This document shows, piece by piece, positions 38,534-47,259 of a DNA stretch of 64,000 nt. The stretch is from NCBI GenBank assembly GCA_963663475.2, contig CAXXJV010000001.1, positions 2,831,422-2,895,421 of the forward strand, given 5' to 3'. The notes under the pieces were generated by a model. It did no database searches. It was given only the letters and a program-made list of their open reading frames with translations, and was not told the DNA's origin. Source of the stretch: Candidatus Cloacimonadales bacterium (GTDB lineage Bacteria; Cloacimonadota; Cloacimonadia; Cloacimonadales; JAFGVF01). Each line of letters starts with the position of its first letter. Positions within the stretch are counted from its first letter, which is position 1. The translations under genes were made by a program, and so were the position numbers.

Positions 38534-39283
38534 TTATTTTACCACTGTATTGCTTTGAAATCTATCACCTAAATAGAGTTCTCTAGCTTTAGGATTATTA
38601 ATTAATTCTTCAGATGTACCAGTAACCATTATTTGTCCTTCAAAAGTGATATAAGCTCTATCAACAATTTTAAGTGTTTCGGTAACATTATGGTCTGTTA
38701 TCATTATCCCAATATTTTTAGCTTTCAGCTTAAGGATAATGTCTTGAATATCATTGATTGAGATTGGATCAACTCCTGCAAAGGGTTCATCCATAAAGAG
38801 GAAGGAGGGATTGGTTACCAGGGAACGAGTTATCTCTAATTTTCTGCGTTCTCCACCAGATAAGGTATAAGCTTTTTGCTTAGCTACTTTCGTTAGGTTT
38901 AACTCAGCTAGGTAATCATCTAGCATTTTCTTTCTATCTTTCTTAGCCACATCAACAGTTTCCAAAATTGCTAAAATATTCTGTTCAACAGTTAATTTAT
39001 GAAAGATTGAAGGAGCTTGAGCTAGATAACCGATGCCTAATTGGGCTCTTTTATACATGGGTTTGTGAGTAATATCAGTATCATTGAAAAGGACTTTGCC
39101 TTTATTTGGTTTTGTTAAGCCCAAGATCATGTAAAAGGTCGTAGTTTTTCCCGCACCATTAGGGCCTAGAATACCAACGACTTCTCCTTGAGAGATATTC
39201 AAACTCAAGTCATTGACTACTCTTCGCTTACCGTATATTTTAACTAAGTTTTTAGCTTCTATGTGATTTTTTGTTTTGTCCAT
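38534..39283 (-). CDS. lptB: LPS export ABC ATPase
   Basis: GPNGAGKTT, LSGGERRKLEI, DEPFAGVDP, ITDHNV, YLG; upstream of rpoN; start 39283 (alternative 39289). Confidence 0.95.
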   Translation of the reverse strand: MDKTKNHIEAKNLVKIYGKRRVVNDLSLNISQGEVVGILGPNGAGKTTTFYMILGLTKPNKGKVLFNDTDITHKPMYKRAQLGIGYLAQAPSIFHKLTVEQNILAILETVDVAKKDRKKMLDDYLAELNLTKVAKQKAYTLSGGERRKLEITRSLVTNPSFLFMDEPFAGVDPISINDIQDIILKLKAKNIGIMITDHNVTETLKIVDRAYITFEGQIMVTGTSEELINNPKARELYLGDRFQSNTVVK

Positions 39284-39289
39284 ATACAT

Positions 39290-39318
39290 AAAATAATGAC
39301 TTTAAGCTTACTTGTCAA
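39290..39318 (-). promoter_or_regulatory. sigma70 promoter, probably giving a leaderless lptB transcript
   Basis: TTGACA-17 nt-TATTTT-6 nt-ATG; no SD. Confidence 0.65.
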
Positions 39319-39542
39319 GTAATTTAAGCAATTTTTTTTCCAAAAATAGAAAAAAGTTTTTTTAATTTTTTATAAGTGCTAAAATAGCATGAAAATAAAG
39401 CTCAATTTTAGGTCTATTAGAAAGCCTGTTATCCCTTTTAAAGGTCTAATTAGCCTCTATTAGCAATCATATGGCACTGGTTCTTCTAGTCTCAAGAAAA
39501 GCAATAATATAAAATTAATCAGGTTAGCAACTAGATAAATAA

Positions 39543-39567
39543 GGTTCAAGTTCAAGTCTGGTAGAAG
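39543..39567. repeat. Family B terminal arm
   Basis: GGTTCAAGTTCAAGTCTGGTAGAAG. Confidence 0.7.
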
Positions 39568-39578
39568 AAAATTGTTAA

Positions 39579-39769
39579 ACCGAATGGTGCGGTAGAACTT
39601 TTGTAATACTTCGCTAAAGCTACTCATCACAGGTGAAGAGTGCAGATTATTCTTGCAAAATAGCTTACAGAATTTTGACGCATATAATATATATATTCGG
39701 AGAAATTATGGATCTTACTGTTGCAGAATAATATAGTGCTATTCCCAAAAGCCTAGTCCATTATTTGGG
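39579..39769. mobile_element. Family A element, full length, extra stem-loop subtype
   Basis: CCGAATGGTGCGGTAG...CTAGTCCATTATTTGGG with conserved core. Confidence 0.85.
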
Positions 39770-39848
39770 ATTATTGTAGTAGCCACTCTACTCAAAAGAT
39801 ATCCAAAAAGAATATTCCTCTCATTTTGTCATATTTTAAGTAAACATC

Positions 39849-39919
39849 CTTATTCCTTCCTTTACACTCTTTCGATGAAAATCCCACTTTCATCGAAAGA
39901 GTGTAAAGAATGAAATAAG
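39849..39919. repeat. Family C long hairpin, copy 1
   Basis: 21-bp perfect stem CTTTACACTCTTTCGATGAAA, loop ATCCCAC. Confidence 0.9.
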
Positions 39920-40015
39920 TATCCTCTAATCTATTTAGACAATTTTAATATTTTTTTCAAAAAATGGACCACTTTTGAAAAAATGGACTCTTAAATATTA
40001 TGAGGGATTGTTAAA

Positions 40016-40059
40016 TCCAATAATGCAGGAGAGCTTTGTGGTTAGCTCAATTTCTTGGG
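40016..40059. repeat. Degenerate family A mini copy
   Basis: TCCAATAATGCAGGAGAGCTTTGTGGTTAGC...TTGGG resembles the 42-bp mini at 40854. Confidence 0.5.
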
Positions 40060-40110
40060 CAATATCTGGATTGTAATTTCAGCAAAATTTAAGAAAATGA
40101 GGATAAAGCA

Positions 40111-40620
40111 ATGGTTGTTATAGAATTCAAATTACCTCACGGGTTAAAAGCTAAAGTTAGAAGAGATGGCTATTCTATCGTAAAATATTCCAATCAACCA
40201 GCCTATCGCCTCCGTAAAAAAAATTCTCCTAAGATAGGTAAAAATCATCATAAGTTCGGGAATATAATGCAAGAGCTAAAAATAGCTTATAGAAATCTTA
40301 GTAATCGTGATAAACAAGCTCTAAGAGAAAGAAAAAAAAGTGAGAGAAATACTAAATCTGACTGGATTCAATTTATCAGAGAATATTATAGAAAGGCTAA
40401 CCAGCTTGTTCTTAAAGAAAAAAGAAAAGTAGAAAATGAAGACAATCACTTAAGATTAAACCAAGCTAAAGCAAAAGTAGAAAATGAAGACAATCACTTA
40501 AGAACAAACCAAGCTAAAAGAAAGAATCAAGAGAAAAATAGTAAGAATATAGGTTTATTGAAAAACTTGATTAAAGTTTTTCAGAATACTAGCCAGATTT
40601 TGTATAAAAAAAAGGAATAA
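40111..40620 (+). CDS. Basic hypothetical protein with internal 16-aa duplication
   Basis: GAGGA RBS; K/R-rich; KVENEDNHLRxNQAK twice (48-bp tandem at 40425-40518). Confidence 0.65.
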   Translation: MVVIEFKLPHGLKAKVRRDGYSIVKYSNQPAYRLRKKNSPKIGKNHHKFGNIMQELKIAYRNLSNRDKQALRERKKSERNTKSDWIQFIREYYRKANQLVLKEKRKVENEDNHLRLNQAKAKVENEDNHLRTNQAKRKNQEKNSKNIGLLKNLIKVFQNTSQILYKKKE

Positions 40621-40674
40621 TAATAAATATTATTAATTCGAGTGTTGATAAAGTCACTCAATATAGTATTTTAA

Positions 40675-40912
40675 CCCGAATGGTGCATTAGAGCTTTGGT
40701 AATACTTCGCTAAAGCTACGTATCATAGGTGAAGAGTGCAAAATCTTTTAGCAAAATAGTTTACATAATTTTGACGCATATATTTTACATATTCGGAGAA
40801 ATTATGGATCTTACTTATGCAGAAGAATATTCTGCTATTCACAAAGGTATAATCCCAGATAGTGTAGTAGAGCTTTGTGAATAGCACTATTTGGGATAAT
40901 GCATCATTGGGG
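40675..40912. mobile_element. Family A element, full length, with nested mini copy
   Basis: CCCGAATGGTGCATTAG...TAATGCATCATTGGGG; flanks TTTAA/TTGAA. Confidence 0.85.
40854..40895. mobile_element. 42-bp family A mini element nested in right arm
   Basis: CCCAGATAGTGTAGTAGAGCTTTGTGAATAGCACTATTTGGG with exact ATAAT duplication. Confidence 0.85.
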
Positions 40913-40925
40913 TTGAACTTGAGCC
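40913..40925. repeat. Family B terminal arm (inverted)
   Basis: TTGAACTTGAGCC. Confidence 0.6.
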
Positions 40926-40928
40926 TAG

Positions 40929-40966
40929 AAAAAAGCCCTGCTAGCATTATCCAAGCTAGCAGGGCT
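40929..40966 (-). terminator. Rho-independent terminator after thyX
   Basis: AGCCCTGCTAGC...GCTAGCAGGGCT with T-tail on minus strand. Confidence 0.85.
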
Positions 40967-40985
40967 AAAGTCCTATTTTAGGAAA

Positions 40986-42365
40986 TTAATCAATATTTTT
41001 ATTGAATTTATCCTTTCCCATCATTAAAGAAGCTGAAAGAGGAGCAATTTCTTGAATCTTGAGAATTAGGAAATCAGATAAGTCTTGAATTTCCCATTGG
41101 GCGTGTTTATCACTTCTTAGTCTACTAAAATGATATAATTCTCTCAAATTAGCTTTCATTACAACTCTAACCTTATGGGCATTTGTTAAGATATAAGGAG
41201 CTAGGGATTCATCTAAATTAGCATAGAGTTTAGCAATTTTATCATAGGCTGTTTGGAAGACTTCTGTTTGCTGTAATAGCTTCAATTGAGGAGGGATAAC
41301 ATAGCCATCACTCAACTTATATTGAGATTTTATTATGGTTGCCATTCTATGTCTTTTCAGCTGAGCATAACAAGATGCGGATATATCGAATTGGAATTCA
41401 AATTCAGCTGATTCAAAAGCCTTGATTGGAAGATGATATGCCTTCATATTGGCGAAAATAGATTTAAACATAGCTTTTAATTGGGAGTAAGAAAGTGATT
41501 CTAAGTAGCTCTCAATTTTATCAATAGATTCTCCACAGTTTTCAAAAATATAGTAGGCTAAAATCTTGATATCAGGGTTAGGTGAATAGTAGTTAAGTTT
41601 CCAGTGATAATCATTATCAATTGCAGAAAGATCTGGGATTTGACCTTGAAATCTCTCATACTCTTCTGCCTCAGTATATTTTATCACAGAAGGAGCAATT
41701 GATTTCACTTGCTTAACAATAGCATCTTTTAGTAACTTACCTTCTCTTACTCCACATCCATCAAGTCTTCTTAATAATCTTTCCAGACTACGGGCATTGA
41801 TAGTAGTCCCCATCTGAGTGAGAGTTGCAAGAGGTAGAATATAACGAGCATCCTCTTTAGCCTTACCTTCTAAATCACGTTGACTAGCTTCAAAGTTACT
41901 AGCGATTAAATTTTCTTTAGCAACTTCATACATTTTTTCATAACTAGCAAAGAGAAAATCCATTAATTCAATATAATCTTCTTTAAGTTTTCCCTCTAAT
42001 TCTTCAGGAATATAATAAGCAGAAGTAAAAGTAACATAGCGTTGCGATTTTTCTGTAAAAGAAGCTAAACGTGATTTTTGGATAAATTCAGTTAGATAGC
42101 GAGATACATCTAAGATATCAAGGTTAAAGACAACATGTTCAGCAATAGAGGAATGGCCCATTTCAAAGATGATTGAGTTATTTGATTTTCTAGCTTTTTC
42201 TACTTGGCCAAGGGCTTGTTTCCTCAGAGTAGAAACATCTTTTTTACTCCTACTGATACGAGCATAAGCTGCTGAGATTACTTCTGGTGTAGCCTGTGTT
42301 TTATCTAATTTATCTATTAAACTTTTATCTATGTTATAGCCAGCAACATTAATCTTCATATTCAT
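40986..42365 (-). CDS. thyX: FAD-dependent thymidylate synthase, two-domain form
   Basis: GHSSIAEH, SFTEKSQRY, EDARYILP; second domain QLKRHR, NLRELYHF..LR...HAQWEI. Confidence 0.88.
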   Translation of the reverse strand: MNMKINVAGYNIDKSLIDKLDKTQATPEVISAAYARISRSKKDVSTLRKQALGQVEKARKSNNSIIFEMGHSSIAEHVVFNLDILDVSRYLTEFIQKSRLASFTEKSQRYVTFTSAYYIPEELEGKLKEDYIELMDFLFASYEKMYEVAKENLIASNFEASQRDLEGKAKEDARYILPLATLTQMGTTINARSLERLLRRLDGCGVREGKLLKDAIVKQVKSIAPSVIKYTEAEEYERFQGQIPDLSAIDNDYHWKLNYYSPNPDIKILAYYIFENCGESIDKIESYLESLSYSQLKAMFKSIFANMKAYHLPIKAFESAEFEFQFDISASCYAQLKRHRMATIIKSQYKLSDGYVIPPQLKLLQQTEVFQTAYDKIAKLYANLDESLAPYILTNAHKVRVVMKANLRELYHFSRLRSDKHAQWEIQDLSDFLILKIQEIAPLSASLMMGKDKFNKNID

Positions 42366-43143
42366 CCTTTAAAATTTCTTTAGTAGCACTTGCCCCAATT
42401 CTATTAGCACCAGCTTTTAACATCTGAATAGCTGTTTCTCGATTTCTGATTCCACCAGCTGCTTTAACTCCAATTTTAGGTCCAACTACATCTCTCATTA
42501 GTTTAACATCTTCAACAACTGCACCACTTTTATTAAAACCTGTTGATGTTTTAATAAATTCTGCTCCAGCTTTTTTAGAAAGAAGACTTGCAATTATAAT
42601 TTCTTCCTTAGTTAAGAGACAGTTTTCAAAGATAACTTTTAATAGAGCTCCCTTATCAGCACAAGTTTCAGAGATAGCTCTTATTTCTGCAAGTACTTGA
42701 GAATATTTTTTATCTTTTAGCCAATTAACTTTAATTACCATATCAATTTCGTTTGCACCATCTTGAATGGCCTGACTAGTCTCAGCAACAATTGTTTGAG
42801 TTAGTGAATTTGATAAAGGAAAACCCACTACGGAGCAAGTTAAAACTTTTTCTAAGCTCTCAGATACAAGATTAACATATAAAGGATTGACACAAACAGA
42901 TTTAGTAAGATAATAATCAGCTTCTTTACAAATAGTTTTTACAGCCTCTTCACTAGCTTCAGCTTTTAAGATTGTGTGATCAATATATTGGGCTAAATGT
43001 AGAAAATCACTAGCTACTTGATCTTTATCATTAGCTCTACATACTCTACAATCTAAGCATACTTGATGTTGTCCCCCACATTTACATGGTTTAGGGTCAC
43101 TAATACCTAAAACATCTATAGCGATTTTTCTTATATCTTCCAT
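42349..43143 (-). CDS. deoC: Deoxyribose-phosphate aldolase with N-terminal extension
   Basis: IDHTIL, SVCVNP, VVGFP, EIDMV, FIKTSTGF, VKAAGGIR, RIGAS. Confidence 0.95.
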   Translation of the reverse strand: MEDIRKIAIDVLGISDPKPCKCGGQHQVCLDCRVCRANDKDQVASDFLHLAQYIDHTILKAEASEEAVKTICKEADYYLTKSVCVNPLYVNLVSESLEKVLTCSVVGFPLSNSLTQTIVAETSQAIQDGANEIDMVIKVNWLKDKKYSQVLAEIRAISETCADKGALLKVIFENCLLTKEEIIIASLLSKKAGAEFIKTSTGFNKSGAVVEDVKLMRDVVGPKIGVKAAGGIRNRETAIQMLKAGANRIGASATKEILKDEYED

Positions 43144-43155
43144 TTCTCCTTCCTT

Positions 43156-44211
43156 TTAGTTTTTACTTGAACCTGCTAATTGTCCACAGGCCCCTTTTAT
43201 ATCATTACCCCTACTATCTCTCTGGATAATAGGACATTGAAGTTGTGATAATTTTGCTTTAAATTCTTCGATTGCCTTTTCATTGGGTGCTTCATAATCA
43301 AGTCCTTCTATAGGATTCCAGGCAATTAGATTTAGCTTACATGATTGATCTCCCAAGAATTTTAAAAGAGCTCGCACATCATCATTACCCATATTGAAAT
43401 TCTTAATCATTACATATTCAAAGGTTACCTTATAAGAAGTCTTATGTCTGAAATCTAGTAAAGTCTTTTTTAAATCAGATAAAGGGAAGATTTTGTTAAT
43501 AGGCATGATCTCATCTCTTTTACTATCAATAACAGCATTAAGAGATACAGCTAATTTCACCTTGATATCTTCATTAGCAAGAAGTTTAATTTTGGGAATA
43601 ACTCCGCAAGTAGATATTGTTATTTTGCGAGAAGAAAGGTTAAGTGCTTTTTCATCTGTGAATATTCTCACAGTTTGCACAACATTATCATAATTATCAA
43701 GAGGTTCTCCCATTCCCATAAAGACTACATTAGTTAGTTTTCTATCTTTTATGTACTTCTTTGCTAACAGGACTTGTCCAACAATTTCACCAGTTTGCAG
43801 ATTACGTTTAAGACCTAATCTACCTGTAGCACAGAACTTGCATTTTCTAGCACAACCAACTTGCGAGGAGATACATAAAGTAGCAGTCTTTTCACTGGGC
43901 ATCAAAATCATTTCAATCTCTGAATGATCCCATAATTCTAATAAGAATTTTACTGAGCCATCCTTTGATTTATAAGATTCTTTCACTTGGGGCAGATTCA
44001 AACGGAATCTTGCTTTTAGTTGAGCTCTCAAATCTTTTGAAAGGTTTAACATGTCAGAAAAGTCATAAACTTGTTTATCATAAACCCAGTCTAAAACTTG
44101 ACTTGCTCTAAATTTACTCTGTCCTAAATCCTGAATAGCTTTGTAAAACTCAGCAGGAGTTAGGTCCAGAAAGTTAATAAGTTCCGGGGATTGAGCTGAT
44201 ATCTTCATCAT
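43156..44211 (-). CDS. rlmN: Dual-specificity RNA methyltransferase RlmN
   Basis: CISSQVGCARKCKFC, VFMGMGEP, ACGQL; exact start uncertain (44208-44220). Confidence 0.95.
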   Translation of the reverse strand: MMKISAQSPELINFLDLTPAEFYKAIQDLGQSKFRASQVLDWVYDKQVYDFSDMLNLSKDLRAQLKARFRLNLPQVKESYKSKDGSVKFLLELWDHSEIEMILMPSEKTATLCISSQVGCARKCKFCATGRLGLKRNLQTGEIVGQVLLAKKYIKDRKLTNVVFMGMGEPLDNYDNVVQTVRIFTDEKALNLSSRKITISTCGVIPKIKLLANEDIKVKLAVSLNAVIDSKRDEIMPINKIFPLSDLKKTLLDFRHKTSYKVTFEYVMIKNFNMGNDDVRALLKFLGDQSCKLNLIAWNPIEGLDYEAPNEKAIEEFKAKLSQLQCPIIQRDSRGNDIKGACGQLAGSSKN

Positions 44212-45037
44212 CTGGCACATACTTTATTCTTGCTTTCTTTTTAAATTCTTCTAAATCTATAACTTCCATTGACTGATCTTCAGATGAAAGATATACTTTT
44301 TTATTATAATAATCGTTTTTGAAGACATACCACATTTGTTTATGAAGCAGGGCTTTGGTTCCAATAATTGGGAAATCTTTAGCTATTTCTTCATAATATT
44401 CTTCTTCAAATTGCAAACAACACAAGAGCCTACCGCAAGGTCCAGATATCTTTGAAAGATTACCTGCCAGATTTTGATCTTTAGCCATTTTGATAGTTAC
44501 TTGGTTAAACTTGCGCATGAAAGAAGCACAGCAGTAAACTTTACCACACATACCAAAACCACCCAAGAGCTTTGCTTCGTCTCTACCAGTAGTTTGGTGT
44601 AGCTCAATTCTGGTCTTGAAGATATTAGCTAATTCTCTTACAAAGAGACGGAAGTCAATCCTACCATCTGCTGTAAAGTTGAAAGTAAGCTTATTCCCGT
44701 CATATTGATAAACAGTACTAATAAGTTTCATTTCAAAATCATACTTAGCTAAAATTTCTAAGAAAGTAGAAGAAGCTTTTTCTTCCTTATTCTGAATTAT
44801 ACTCAAGGCTTTCAAGTCATTCTCTTCAACCATTCTCACATATTTATATTCTTTATATTCACTTCTTAATTTATCAATTTGCTCTTGAGGTATATTAGTA
44901 GAAAGAATACTACAGAAGTCTATCCCTCTTTCTACCTCAATAATTATTGAATCATCAGGTCTTAATTCTAAATCCTTATCAACAGTGATATAGGCAATTT
45001 TCCCTGAGCGAAATTCAATCTCTATATGTTTTGTCAT
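44174..45037 (-). CDS. PSP1-domain protein (RicT/YaaT-like)
   Basis: FTADGRIDFR..V..LA..F.TRIE, G.CG...CC, KISG.CGRLLCCL.FE. Confidence 0.9.
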   Translation of the reverse strand: MTKHIEIEFRSGKIAYITVDKDLELRPDDSIIIEVERGIDFCSILSTNIPQEQIDKLRSEYKEYKYVRMVEENDLKALSIIQNKEEKASSTFLEILAKYDFEMKLISTVYQYDGNKLTFNFTADGRIDFRLFVRELANIFKTRIELHQTTGRDEAKLLGGFGMCGKVYCCASFMRKFNQVTIKMAKDQNLAGNLSKISGPCGRLLCCLQFEEEYYEEIAKDFPIIGTKALLHKQMWYVFKNDYYNKKVYLSSEDQSMEVIDLEEFKKKARIKYVPDDEDISSIPGTY

Positions 45038-46110
45038 TAAGCTTCCTCATTTAAATATTGTTTTAAAAGTTCATGTTCTATTTTGCTAAAGCCAACTTTT
45101 TTGTCAAACTTCAAAATTTCTAATTTACTACCCCGCATTTCTTGGTATTGGCAAAGGTTATCCTCACTAGATTTACTAAAAGAGAAAGAGAGAGAGTAAT
45201 CTCTAATGATTGTAATACCCTTGCTGATAAAGAAATCTGATTCTATAGAGAGGCCAGCTTCGAACTTTGTCCATTCTCCTACATAACATCTGTTAAGACT
45301 TCCCTTATAAGGTTTTGAAGCATATGCTTGAAAAATACAGGCAGATATTTCTCCTCCTATATTCGATTTTTTACCGATTGAAACAGCATTTTTGATATTA
45401 CTTCCAGCTTGAATGTAAGTTTCTTTACCAATATATGCAGGGCCTTCAATAGTTGAATTTAGGCCAATTACAGCTCCCTCATCGATGATTATTGGACCTT
45501 GAGAAGCATCTAGCACACTACCATGTTTAAGAATAGCATCTTGACCAATCCATACATCATAAGGGTTTATTACAGTAACTCCTAACTCAGTTTCGGAATA
45601 ATTATCTTTGTCATAAAAGAAATCTTGGAAATCTTGTCTGATACATTCATGGAGAGAATCAAGAATCTCATCTATAGAAGACCATAGTGGACCATTAATC
45701 TTTATCTTTTTGATGTCCTTAGATAGCTTATTTAGGAAATCCTGACTAGAGCAAGATTCTTCTTCTTTACTAGTAATTTTTAAGGAGATAAATTCATCAT
45801 CTTGGCTTAATAAGAGAGAGTTATTATCTTGTTGATCTATCAAGCTAGCAAGTTCTTCATTGATTTTTAATCTTCCGTTAACGAAACACAAGTCTCCTTG
45901 GGGGATTTTGTTGATAACTTTATTATCAAATCTTTCTTTATATAATTCTTCTAAATGTTTATCTATGATTAAATATACTTCTTCAATACCTAAGTATCCT
46001 TCGATTTTCTGGCGAAGTTTCAAGACACCTGCTCTGATATCTAATTGAGATCTAAGAGGAGCTATCTTTGCATATTTTAATTCTAAATCATCTACTATCA
46101 AGTACTTCAT
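45037..46110 (-). CDS. Putative sugar nucleotidyltransferase-like protein with hexapeptide repeats (divergent)
   Basis: PLR...DIRAGVL.LRQK, VNGR, VLDASQGPIIIDEGA, IEGPAYIG, IGGEI; start ATG 46110. Confidence 0.7.
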   Translation of the reverse strand: MKYLIVDDLELKYAKIAPLRSQLDIRAGVLKLRQKIEGYLGIEEVYLIIDKHLEELYKERFDNKVINKIPQGDLCFVNGRLKINEELASLIDQQDNNSLLLSQDDEFISLKITSKEEESCSSQDFLNKLSKDIKKIKINGPLWSSIDEILDSLHECIRQDFQDFFYDKDNYSETELGVTVINPYDVWIGQDAILKHGSVLDASQGPIIIDEGAVIGLNSTIEGPAYIGKETYIQAGSNIKNAVSIGKKSNIGGEISACIFQAYASKPYKGSLNRCYVGEWTKFEAGLSIESDFFISKGITIIRDYSLSFSFSKSSEDNLCQYQEMRGSKLEILKFDKKVGFSKIEHELLKQYLNEEA

Positions 46111-47251
46111 TACTATTCCTTTTGGCGATTTTTTGTTTTTTCCCATGCCATACGAACCAATTAAATTGGCCAATAAAGATTGTTAATATATTAAAGATTG
46201 TTTGAATAACCATCCAGACTGGATAGAAGAAAATCAATCTTCTATTAGATTTAAAGATGGGGTAAGCAAAATAAAACATTTGCAATTCACCCACAAATTT
46301 TAAAGAGAGTGCTATTGTAAAAACCCTCCAATCAATAAAGAGATGTAAAACTATTCCTACATAAAAAATGAATAAACCAGCAAGAATTAAGAAAAATTCA
46401 GTATTCATTTTCAGCATTAGTTTTAAGTTAGAAAACCACCTACTATGTTGATTAAAAAGTTTTTTCCAACTTGTAATAGCTTTTGTTTTTACAAAAGAAT
46501 CCTCAGCAAAGTTGAATCTTATCTTCATACCCTCTTTTCTCAGCAATTGCAAGAAATTGCAATCATCACCAGAGATAAGATGATTTATTTTGGAAAAGCC
46601 TCCTACCCTATCATAAGCTTGCCTAGTATAGGCTAAATTCTGTCCTATAGCAGTAAATTGCTTACCTAAGGCGAAACCACCTGCTAAACCAATATATAGA
46701 CATAAAAGATCTATATGTTCAAATTTTTGGACAAATGAAGCTTTTTTCCAGTCAATTTCAGTAGCTGAATAGCCAGCAACCATCGAAACATCGTCAGTAA
46801 AGGCCTGAACCATAGACTCAATCCAAGTTGATTTGGGGAAGCAATCAGCATCTGTTAATAGCAAAATCTCACCATGCGAACGTGCAATGGCTTGACTTAG
46901 TGCATTTTTCTTAGGACTAATTGCTAATTCTCGATTTTCCACATTAAAATACTTAATAAAGGTGTATCTTTGGGCAAAGCTTTGGAGAATCTCTTCTGAT
47001 CTATCATCTGAACCATCATTTGCAATAATAACTTCATATAAATCATTTGGGTAAGTTTGATTAACTAATAGTGTTAGTAATCTTGGTAAAGTATTCTCTT
47101 CATTTCTACTAGCAATAATCACAGAAACAAGTCTTTTCTTAAAGTTTCTCTTACTTTTTAGGTGGGAAAAAGACCAAGAATACATTACTGCTAAAAGGAA
47201 ATAGAGGAATCCTGCTATTAAAGTTATATATGTAAGAATTGTTGCAAACAT
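46088..47251 (-). CDS. Membrane GT2 glycosyltransferase
   Basis: SVIIASRNEE, DGSDD, TDADC, GDD, QHSRW, C-terminal TM helices. Confidence 0.9.
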   Translation of the reverse strand: MFATILTYITLIAGFLYFLLAVMYSWSFSHLKSKRNFKKRLVSVIIASRNEENTLPRLLTLLVNQTYPNDLYEVIIANDGSDDRSEEILQSFAQRYTFIKYFNVENRELAISPKKNALSQAIARSHGEILLLTDADCFPKSTWIESMVQAFTDDVSMVAGYSATEIDWKKASFVQKFEHIDLLCLYIGLAGGFALGKQFTAIGQNLAYTRQAYDRVGGFSKINHLISGDDCNFLQLLRKEGMKIRFNFAEDSFVKTKAITSWKKLFNQHSRWFSNLKLMLKMNTEFFLILAGLFIFYVGIVLHLFIDWRVFTIALSLKFVGELQMFYFAYPIFKSNRRLIFFYPVWMVIQTIFNILTIFIGQFNWFVWHGKKQKIAKRNSNEVLDSR

Positions 47252-47259
47252 TCAATCTC

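Noticed and set aside
39472..39487. sigma54 promoters (TGGCAC at 39472; TGGCAT-N5-TTGA at 53884)
   Set aside because: Both lack the conserved -12 GC dinucleotide
40723..40947. 74-aa ORF (also 51658-51891 and 53639-53845)
   Set aside because: They lie within family A or C repeats or antisense to the transposase remnant
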